Below are positions 13,524 to 24,036 of a stretch of DNA of 64,000 nt, in pieces. The stretch is taken from the NCBI GenBank assembly GCA_973895155.1, contig OZ316895.1:15506816-15570815 (forward strand), read 5' to 3'. Source of the DNA: Marsupella aquatica. Taxonomy: Eukaryota > Plantae > Marchantiophyta. Position 1 is the stretch's first letter. Each line of letters starts with the position of its first letter. The notes below the pieces were generated by a model that worked only from the letters and a program-made list of their open reading frames with translations, ran no database searches and was not told the origin of the DNA. Position numbers and translations under genes: made by a program.

Positions 13524-14536
13524 GGTCAATTGCAAGCTTGAGGGGGGCAAAAGGACGCAAAAAGGATCACCAAAATGGAGAGGTAGTCCTTGTGGTGATA
13601 CGAAGATCAACGATCAAGATTGAAGGATAGTGGGGCCACCAAGGACTTCAACCCCGTGAAGGAATTAATGACGCAAAAGGATATTGCATCATTTCTAGCC
13701 ACTAAGGTCCTTCCACGGAGAAGAAGGAGGGGACCAGTTCCGTCATTCCCGCAGTTTGAAATCGCCGCCAAGTTTGAAATAGCCGCGCGGCTTCCGTGCC
13801 ATCCGCGGGTTTCCATCAATGGTGAGGAATTGGCCGCTGGGGCCTGCTGTGCCTTAGATTTCCAGATGTTTGAGAGGCTTCGGGGATACTCAACGACAGT
13901 GGCGGGGGGAGTGAACGCCGAGTAGTGTCGCAAAGTAGTTTGTTTGGGAGGCTTAGGGGATAATTGTCAATGACAGTGGTGGCGAGACTGAACGAGACTG
14001 AACGTCGCAAAGTAGTGGATGTCGGCAGTAAACGTCGACAATGAACGTTGAGGAGTTCCGCCAAATGTTTCAATTTTAGTGCTTGAAGAAAACATAGCAT
14101 TGCGGACTCTCTATTCTTTCAAATCTTTTCTAAGGTGGTGCGGTTTGGTGACATTGGTTTAGAGCTCGGGTAAGCAAATGTTGCTTTGTTGCAGTTTCAA
14201 CCAATTCTAGACAGACCTTCATATTCCTCACAGTCGCAATGCGTTCGGCGATAGGTGCTTGTAAACTCAAGAACTTTCAAATCAACGATGGTGCAAATGT
14301 TGCATACATGGTCTTTGACATGTTGTGGGCATGGAGAGTTTGCGTAGGTTTGGGTGGAAGTGCTACTTCATGAGCGTGACGTGCTCCGCAGGCCAGACTG
14401 AGGGTACGCTTGTAACTTTGATACCTAATGCACCACCTATTCTACTTCCTTTCATCGATATTTGACGTAACCTTCTCTACTTTAGATTTACCAGAACTCT
14501 CATCAGATTTAGTCAGGACTTTTCGTAGTTGTTTTG

Positions 14537-17134
14537 ATGGATACCCCACTTCCATTGCCCGTTGATGGAGGTGAGGGTGTAGGGTCATTAGAAAACTCTC
14601 CTCAAGAACGCTCAACCGGGTCTGTGTTAGTCAACAAACTCTCTAAAGGAAAACCCAGTTCAGACGATTGTGGTGCTTGAGCGGTAGCATCTATTGAGAA
14701 ATCTAAAGGTAGAGTCAAGCCAACTTCAGAGGCGACACACAACGAATGGGATCCAGCCGGGTCTGTGTTAGTCAAACTCTCTAAAGGAAAACCCAGTTTA
14801 GATGATTGTGTTGCTCGAGCGGTAGCATCTATTGAGAAATCTAAAGGTAGAGTGAAGCCAGCTTCAGAGGCGACAAACAACGAATGGGATCCAGCCGATT
14901 TTTACAAGGATGCTCACTTCTTTGCTACCCAGTTTGGCCTTCCGAATGAAGGCAAAAATCTCCATAGAATCATTGACATCAGTGAGGAAATGCTAGTCAC
15001 GTGCTTTGGAGATAAGGGACGGAGCGATTACAAACTAGGTAGTTGCACAGGCTTGCCACAAGAGGATGTCTTACATTTATCCCAAGTTGTCGATGGATAT
15101 GAGAAGCCGGTGAATGGAGTGTTGGCACATACATTTGTTAAGGGAGTGTATGCTAAGCGAGTGTTGGGGAGGACAGTTAATTGGGCCGCATACGCTGCAT
15201 CTAAGTTGAAAGGCCAGATTGTTCAGTGGCATAGAGAAGGCAAAGGTAAGCCTAATGGGCCCCCTTGTGTAAGGAAGACTGGTCGTGTCTATAAGCGCGC
15301 AGATACACAAGTTATTGAGGATGCAATTCATGAGGCAGTTCCTCCCCGAGTTCCTTCAGGCCTCTCTTTGAAAGAGCCAACGATGAAGTCTCCAATCCCC
15401 GAGAGCGGATGGGATGTTCTTTCCCTCGAAAAAGTTCCTGCTGAGCTACTTGGTACTGCATCTGCCTCCCCTATTCCGTGGGTGCGGCCAAGTCCTTCCA
15501 CTCTTGCGCAGTCGCCAAGTACCCCCCCCTCGTGCCTTGTTACTATCCATGCTTGAATCAGAAATGTCATGGAGTAAGAACCAAGTAAGAGAGGCCCGCG
15601 AAGATGTTCAGAAACTTCTTCGAAGCCTGGAAAATTTAAAATCTTCAGAGTGCGACCGGCGAAGTGCACTGCAGCGGATTCATCATCAAATTTGCAAACT
15701 AGAGGAGGAGCTGAAGCTTGTAAAGGATTCAATATCAAATGAAGAAGAGAAGCATGAAGAAACCACGAATGCCATTGAGTTGGAAGAAGGCAACCAATGT
15801 GAAGACGATGAGGTTTCACTTTGATCAATTTCCACATTAGTTTTTATCACACTTTCTATTTATTCTCTTCACTAACGTTGGAAATCTGAGATTAGTAGCT
15901 TGCAGCTAATATGATTTGTGAGTTGATGAATGACACTCTGTTTTTTATTCTTTGTGACAGACCCCCAACGATTACTTGACACACCTTCAGATTGATCTGA
16001 AGCAGCATGAGGCCACAATTGAGATGTTGAACTCCCGGTCAAGATCAATTTCAGATGAGTTGACTGTGTTGAGGATGCTCCACACCGACAAAGATCATAT
16101 GTTCAAAGACTTGCCAAGCAAGGTGGCAAGATTGACCAAAGTCGTGGAAGAAAGGGAGATTGTCGTTAAGGGGGTGGAGGAGCTTCTGGAAGCTCAATCT
16201 CAGGAACATTCCATTTTAAACAAAGTTTTGAAGCATCCTTGCCCTGTGTTAGCTCCTCGTTTTATTCCTACTTCTTGTCGATCTGTAGGAGTCCAAGCTT
16301 CACTTAATGTTTGTCCAGTGTGTTGCAATGGGTTTCATTGCTTCAACTGGATTCCAGCATCTTGTGGGCACACCTACCATCCGAGTTGTCTATTTCCAAT
16401 ACTCGGTTCATCAGAACAGAGTGCTAAGTGTTTGGCATGCTCCTATGCCTTCAGTGATGATTGGTTGCAAAGTTGGGGTTTGCCAAGTTCATATGCATCA
16501 CCAAGTCCGGTTGAATCACGGCATTCTTACATAACAGACTTAAAAGATATGTATGGGAAGAAGGGCAGATGTTTGGGAAGATGAAGAGAGGTTTCGCGGA
16601 TAGTTCAAACAGCTCAATCACAGGTTTGAATTTGTAAAGCAATCTTATGAATTATTTGTGCCTGCACATCTCTTTATAGTTTGTAGACACATTTTTGCCT
16701 GTTATGTTTGCACCCGTATGATTTTGTCAACTACTGTAATTATTCGGTGATTGTATTTTCAGGGGGATTCTCACGGCCAAGCTCTCATGTATTTGAGCAC
16801 CATATAGACCACTTCCATCATTGATATAGGCGATGATGAGCCTGAGGACGGATCCTCTAAGATACCTTTGGTGACACCAAAAGTAGAGGGTGGGGAGTCG
16901 GGAAAGAAACGAAAGGTTGAACAGGAATCAGCTAGGAAGGTGAACTGTAGCCAAACGTTGTCGAGTCCAGATACAATGCCTTTTTCCCCTGAGTGTGGCG
17001 TTCATGTCAACTATAAGCGTTTGGTGTTGGTGAAGACACCTCTTGGATTCTTGAGTCAAGCACTTGGCGGAAACTCACCTACTGTGACTATTCCCGCTCA
17101 TTCCTCCCAAAGGAAACTTCCTATGGATGATTGA
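14537..17134 (+). pseudogene. Multi-exon coiled-coil + RING-finger protein (Sola2 cargo); 3' end approximate
   Basis: ATG 14537; ~141-bp tandem duplication at 14617-14900; frameshift in a C-run near 15525; intron ~15813-15960; RING CPVC...CGHTYHPSC...CLAC in 15976-16584. Confidence 0.75.
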
Positions 17135-17436
17135 CTTTCAAGTTATGATCCAGGAAAAATCATTGCCCTCTCCAATGTAAATTGTGCATCTGCAGTTTGT
17201 AGTGAGGAGAGCTATGGTGACAATTGTTAGAAGATGCATTCAAGAAAGGTTTGCTTTAACTCAGTTTTTGTTTTGTGCAGCAAACTCGTGCACAGCGGGG
17301 CCGAAAGTCCTAGTATTGAGCTCTGTGTAAGTTCCTTTTTGGATTCTCTCCATAGCTTATGTTCATTGCTCTGTATTGATTTGCACTACTTGTAGGTCGT
17401 GGAGTCAGTAACTCCAAGTCCTTGTGTCAAGACACT

Positions 17437-17840
17437 TCAGGACTCTTTGAGTTGGGGGTCACGGTCCTCATGTCAGGAATTGTGGTCCTTGTGTGAGGAC
17501 TCCGGGTCCTTGATTCAGGACTCGGGGTCCTTGAGTCAGGAATTGTGGTCCTTGTGTGAGGACTCCGGGTCCTTGATTCAGGACTCGGGGTCCTTGAGTC
17601 AGGAATTGTGGTCCTTGTGTGAGGCTCCGGGTCCTTGAGTCAGAACTCTGGGTCCTTGAGTCAGGACTCGGGGTCCTTGAGTCAAGACTCCGGTCCTCGC
17701 GGTTCTTTAGTCAGGACTCCGGTCCTGACTCAAGGACTCCGGTCCTTTAGTCAGGACTACGGGTAACTGATGATCAGTATTGTCTTCTAGTCAAGACTGG
17801 GGGTCCTTTAGTCAGGACTTGAGGTGCTTGAGTCAGGGTG
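17437..17840. repeat. Tandem array of ~21-bp GAGTCAGGACTCGGGGTCCTT units
   Basis: Directly visible; quasi-palindromic AGGAC...GTCCT core. Confidence 0.9.
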
Positions 17841-17931
17841 TTGGATTGAGATCCTCTTTAGTTTGCAAGAGAAACCATCCGGTGACCAATAGTTGATATG
17901 TAACCCTTCATATATTATCTTTGTGCAGATC

Positions 17932-18183
17932 ATGGACAATCTTGAGGACAAGTTCACCACCCTGGTGGATATCAAAATTGACCACATGTGGGGAGTTTGT
18001 GCTGGGTCATTTGTTTATGAAGGCTGCAATGTTTTGTTGAGTGATGGTAAGCCATGCACTTTGGGCAAGAATGCCCGCAGGCTGAGAAAATTGAACCCTC
18101 AGTCTCCCGTGGGTCCTCGTTCTCGAGGACGATCCGAACATGTCTGCTGCAGTGTTGGAACTGGCAGTTTTATGTACTGCTTT
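17932..18183 (+). pseudogene. RPA70 C-terminal OB-fold/Zn-ribbon-like gene, 5' part (split by CACTA-1)
   Basis: FVYEGC...C...CC...YCF| continues in frame after the TTT TSD at 28284. Confidence 0.65.
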
Positions 18184-19015
18184 CACTACTACACTATTGG
18201 CCCCTTTTGCGAACCCATACACATCGCAAGCAACAAAGGCCCGATAAATAGAATTCTGACACTTGCGAACTAACACGCATCGCTACACCATCCCAAATTG
18301 TGAAGTTAAAACCTTCGCACGCGGACCATCGCAACGCCATCGCAACACCATGACAATTTCCTAACCGAATTCCCTCGCAACTTGTCAAACACTTGCGAGT
18401 TCAAAATCGTTGCAGATGCTTCGCATTATGCCGCACGGTCCTTTGTTATTGACGTTGGTTTTTGTGAAGCTGGAAGGTTCGCTACGTGTTTGTGATGGGA
18501 ATGAGTTTGATATTTGCGATGTCGTGGGGTTGGCAACTAGCGAGCCTTATAAGATCACTCTTATGCGAAATGAATTTGGTGGGGACTTCCGATCTAAATT
18601 GGATCGGAACTTGTGAGTTGGTTTAGGCCAGAAGTTGTGAACCGTTTGACTTCGCAACTTGTGATGTTACTTGGTTCTATAATAGCGATCCGAGTCATTT
18701 CAGTATTTCCTAGTTATCCAAGTTTGCAATGGGTTCACACTTTCATGGGAACACGACTTTCAATCAATGTTTTGCGAGGGATTTCTCTTGGCAGTGGACC
18801 CAATGTGGAAGGCAAATGTTTTTTATAAGATCCATGCAAGTATATAGGTGGATATACCAAAATGTTAGGGCTTGTTAAGGAACCCAATACACAAGAGGGG
18901 TGGCATATCTGATGCCAAGTCACCCTACTCAACATATGCTATCCTAGCTAAGCTCCAACACGGCTAGTCAGTGACATGTATCTCATGAGCCCGGTCATGA
19001 GATTCTACAAGCTAA

Positions 19016-21062
19016 CTAAAATGGACTCTTCCGACCCCGCTTTGTCGACTTCTTTGCCGGCTTCTTGCCCTTATCCTTCTGTGGATGTACAGCCTGGTGC
19101 TGACGGGTGCGCGGTGCCTTTCGGCGCTGCTGCTCCTCCTGCTCCTCCTCCTCCTCCTCCTGCCCATCCTCCTCCTCGTCACCTCGCTCCTGCTCCCCCT
19201 CATCATCAACCTGTCTTGATGATGCACGACTACTACCACTACCGCGATGGGATGAACCTACCTCCCGGCTACTGCCCCTCTCCCTAGAACCACTGGTAAG
19301 AGGAGTACCCCCTCATCCTCATCATCACTACTACTTGCGTCAGCACCTGACCCCTCAGGCTCATCCGAATCCTGCATCCGTACACTTAATCAGTTTCTAC
19401 AAATTAAAAAGGGTCATCCACAATGTTGGCATCACAATTAATTAAACCTTGAACACCTAGATACTTACAGTAGCCAACTCGGCATCCACCATCTGAAAGA
19501 GGTACTTTCTCCCATGCTCCATCCCTATCTCAATATGTTTCTTGGATATCTTCCTCTTATATTTCCGGTACTGCCATGCACCATAAAACCAAAAAGTAAA
19601 CCCATAGGCTAAACCAAAATTCACAATGCGAGAGGCCTTAGGCCTAGAAAAGTTTTGAAAACAACTCAAATTCACATTTGCGAAGCTAATGCGGTCACAA
19701 AATGCGAAGCCCTAATGTTTGCGAAGGCATTGCGATGGCTTTTGCGATGCACATACCTTCGCAACAGCATCAGAAAGTCCAAAAAGAAAAAAGTGCATAA
19801 TAGAGTTTGCGAGGCTCTTGCGAACGGATACGCATCGCAATGGGATCGCAAACTGTGATCTCGAGAGGTTTTAAAAAATGCGCAAATTTCTAAGTGTCAG
19901 TCGTGACCTAAAACAATGCACAAGCAAGCACATGAGAGCATGGACATTCATGACATTCCATTCACTTGCATTACCTCAACTGAGAAAGTAAGGAGGAAAG
20001 AGCTTAGGGAGGAGAGGAGACACTCACAAAGTGGGCCTTGAGACCTAGGAGCCCGCCTTGACCTAGCTTGTGGACTGGATTGGGGGTGGCTTTCACTCGC
20101 TTGGCTGCATCCATGAAATGTTTGGGTGGTCTTCCTTCTTCGTCGACCACCTTTTGCACATCAGCTACCTTCTGCTCGAGTCCCTTCAGGTCATGGTCAA
20201 GGGGGAGCTTCCCGGTCTCCTTTGCTTTCAGGGATCGAGCTAGTGTATCCTTCCATTGTTCCAACTCGCGAGCTGCTTTGATTTGCACCTCAATCTTGTA
20301 AAATGCATTCCAGATGTCCTCAGTGAATTGGAGGGGCCTGCGCAAATTCCTGTACGATCTCAAGTCTCTCAGGTGGGCTCTAATCTTCATCCTATCATGG
20401 TATCTCATTTGAGACATGGAATTAGAAATCTTGTCTGCCAGCCATTGCTCATCTATGTCAGCTCCATTACGAAATGCATCCTTGATCTGATTCATCACTC
20501 TCTTTCGCTCTGCCTTCTCAACCTTTCCCCATTGCATGCCTCGTGAGAAATTGCTTGTGATGATCTGTTTGATGGTGCTCTTAGCCCCTACATAGGCTAG
20601 CTCAGTTGGAGTCCCAGTTGTCTCCAAGGCAATGAATGGAAGCTTTTTCCTTGCATCCTCTTTCTGACGTTGCTCATCTCGTTGTTTTCGAATTGCATCC
20701 CTCTCCTCTCTTCTCTTCTGTTTTTCTATGGCTTGAGGAGAGGCAACTCCCGACTTAGCCCTCTCCTCCCTCTTCCTTCTTTTCTCTCTAGCCTTCTCCT
20801 CAGCTGCGACCCTCTCTTCCTCGTCTCTAGTAGCTTGCCCTGCCACAATTCCTGTTTGCAAAACCTGGCCTAAAATGGCACTCAAGGAGGCAAGCCCTGC
20901 TGGAGTATTCAAATTTACTTCACCCAACTGTGCAGCACTGAGATGTTGGGCTACTAAGTCGCTCCATGCATTCTGTTGCTTCTCCTGATTTGCCCCATTG
21001 CCACTACCACCAGCACCATGTCCTCCACTCCCACCGTGCTCTCCACTCCCACCGGTAGCCAT
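19016..21062 (-). pseudogene. TnpA/ORF2-like accessory protein of CACTA-1
   Basis: Predicted exons 21062-20028, 19570-19469 and ~19372-19016 (acidic/basic tail, probable 1-nt deletion in a G-run). Coiled coil and VHKLGQGG motif reminiscent of the Ptta/En-Spm Transposase_24 domain. Confidence 0.6.
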
Positions 21063-21529
21063 AGCTCAATCCCTCTCAGGTCTCTCTCGATCTTCTCCCC
21101 GCGGCCCCTTCTCCTCTCGCTCTCCCGATCAAACAAGGAATGAGCTTGATGCAAGCTCCCGCCGACACTTATGCATTTCAAAAAAACCTCTTTGCGATCA
21201 CATTTGCATCACAAACTGCCACCCTATTACCTTCGCAAACGGTCTCGCAACTTGCGATACTTTTGTGAAGAAAATACCCTTGCTAATCCATCGCAACCCG
21301 CAGAAACGCCCAAAAATTGTTCTCGGCCTCTGTATTTGCGAAGATGTTGCGAACCCGGGAGATTCGCAAAATGCATCTCTAATTTGTGAAGCAATTTGCG
21401 AGGCAGGTGATCTCGGTTTAGGGTGGGAAACTATCCCAGGTGTTTAAACGGCTTTACAAGGGTATGGCCTATTTAAACCCTTTTAACTCAACATGGATTT
21501 GTGAATGGCCAATTAGTTTGAAGAAGAGG

Positions 21530-22450
21530 ATTTTAGGTTGTAGTTGGGCTTTGTGTTTTTGTTTTTGAATCTTAATTGGGTTCTAATTTAACAAAGGGTT
21601 TGAGTTTTAATTTGGGGTTTGGATTTAGAAAGGGTTTAGTTTAGGGAGGGTTGTGTTTCAATTGAAGGGGTTAATTTGGGTTTAGGTTTTAATGTAAGGG
21701 TTGGGTTTGACTTTTCACTGATTTCATATTTTTTGCTCTATACATATTTCAGTTTAGGGACATGGTTTTAATAGAGGGCTTTAAGTTAGGGTCTAAGGTA
21801 GGGGTTTGGGTAAGGTTGTAATTGAGAAGTTTGGGTTAGGGTTTAGGGTAGGGGCTTGATTTTGGTTTAAGTTTAGGGGTTTGGGTTAGGGTTTAGGGTA
21901 GGGGCTTGATTTTGGTTTAAGTTTAGGGGTTTGGGTTAGGTTTAGGGTAGGGGCTTGATTTTGGTTTAAGTTTAGGGGTTTGGGTTAGGTTTTAAGTATA
22001 AAGGTTGGGTTCCATTTTAATTATAAGTTGTGTTTCATTTTTAATTGAGGGGTTTGGTTTAGGATTTTTGGGTAAGGGTTTGATACGTAATGAGGGAATA
22101 TGGATAGGTAACTTAGGATGGAGTTTGAGTTAGGGTTTAAGGTAGGGGTTTGAGTAAGGTTTTAGCTGAGGGGTTTGGGTTAGGTATTGAATATAGGGGA
22201 TCGATGGGTTCAATTATAATTCAAGCTTGTGTTTAATTTTTAATTTAGGGATTTGGGTTAGGGTTTAGGGTAAAGGCTTCATAGGTAATGAGGGAGTTTG
22301 GGTTATGGTTTCAGATGGGGTTTGAGTTAGGTTTTAGCTGAGGGATTTGGGTTAGGGTTTGAATGTAGCAGTTGGGTTTTTAGCGGAGGGGTTTTGGTTA
22401 GCTAGGGCTTTGGGTAAGGGTTTTATATGTTCATGTTTAGGGTAGGTTTT
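21530..22450 (+). repeat. Degenerate plant telomere-like (TTTAGGG) tract inside CACTA-1
   Basis: Many TTAGGG/TTTAGGG/TTTGGG units, including a ~50-bp unit repeated three times at ~21829-21990. Confidence 0.85.
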
Positions 22451-22886
22451 TTTTCTAATTGAGGGTATGCTTTCTTTATTTCATTAACATGAAGGGGTGG
22501 AACACTCTAGGAGTTACAGGGCACTTCCCCATCATTTTGAGAGTTTTGGCTAATGCATATGCATTGCGAGAGCTCAGGCATCTGAAAGGTAAAGCTTGTT
22601 TTCCTGGCATTTTTTATTTTTACTGTAACTTGAGGGTCTATCATCCCTTTCTATAGTTTACCATAAGTCATTGCTTAATTCATTGTATATTTGCAGATTT
22701 CTCCCTCCTACTTCCAGATTGGGTTCATCAAGTTTGGACCAAAAGACCTATAGGCATTGCTGAGCCCGGGTCTCATAAAGGTATTTTTTCCTTTCATTTC
22801 AGTTTAATATGTCTACTTAGGGATTACAAATGATCGTTTTAGCTATTTGTTTACTAACTCGCTATTCCAAATCTTCCACTTGCCAG

Positions 22887-24036
22887 ATGTCTTCATCCTC
22901 TACAACTTCCACCACATCAGACTCCTCTGATGAGGACATAGATCCTCCTCCTCAGCCTGAAACAGTCGCTCGTCGACCTAGTGGTCCACCACGCCAACTT
23001 TGCAGTTGTAAAAAATGTGTGGGGATGGTTGTCCAGAAGTCATATGTATGTGCAGACCATATTTCTCGATATGGACAACATCGAGGTCTTACACCCGGAG
23101 CCTCTTCATCCCATACGGTGAGTTGTAAACTTACTATGGTTTATTTTTTATTCAATAAATATTGCTAGCATGATAAGTTGGGGAAGTTTACAATCACTTT
23201 GTTGGATTTGTTCCCTATAGGTATCTAATAGGCCTACACCCACGGCACCAGCACCCTATATTCCCTCACAAGGAGTTCTAGATGCTATAGGCTCGGCCCT
23301 TTCACAAGCTTTCCGTTTAGTTGCAGCAGAGCGAAGTGGTGTTGGGACAGTTCAGGGTGATGGTATTGTTACACGAGGGAAAAAACGGTCTAAAAGGCAA
23401 CCTAGAGGGGAAGTTGATCAGTACACCTGTAGGGTTGATGGTAGGTGGGGACCTTGTACATTCACAGGGAAATGTGTTCCTATCATAAAGGATTGGAATC
23501 CTGATTGCCTTGGTTTGCCATGTGATATAACCTATGGTGAGGAATTAGAGGTTTGGGGAAGACATTGGATTGTCAAAAGTTCTACACTAGGGGAGAGACA
23601 TGGGTATGGAATTTTTTCTTGCCAGGACATCATTGTGGATGATATGGGTGGAAAAGGGCGCTCTCAAGATGGACCAACGTTGTTCCCATATGGTGGACCC
23701 ATTTACAAGCGAAGACATTGGAACATGCTCCTTGTACAACACCCTGAGTGGAAGACTTATGCATTGGACATGGATACTTTTGATGGTTGCACTAGGAAGT
23801 ATAGTGAACAACATATAATTGATGGTGATCCCATCCGTAGTGGAAATATAGCCGGTTTCATTAACAGTACTGTGGGGACCCGGCCTAAGCGTAGGAAAAA
23901 CTGTGAATGGGTTTTTGTTGATGGTCCCCCTCCAGCACCATATGGGCAGAGATATCATCATGACCATTGTCTAGTTGTAGCTACTAGGACCATCAAGGCC
24001 GGAGAGGAGTTGTTTACACATTATGAGTGGGATTAG
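22887..24036 (+). CDS. Zn-domain-SET (lysine methyltransferase fold) protein, exons 22887-23117 + 23221-24036, ~348 aa
   Basis: Phase-0 donor ACG|GTGAGT; acceptor CCCTATAG|GTA; open frame. SET motifs VKSS..HGYGIFS, IIDGD..GNIAGFINS, NC, LVVATRTIKAGEELFTHY. Confidence 0.8.

Noticed and set aside
18976-19445. Proline/serine-rich plus-strand ORFs
   Set aside because: Antisense shadows of the Glu-rich last exon of the minus-strand TnpA-like gene
21530-22450. True telomere or chromosome-fusion site
   Set aside because: Degenerate, single orientation, and enclosed within the CACTA TIRs
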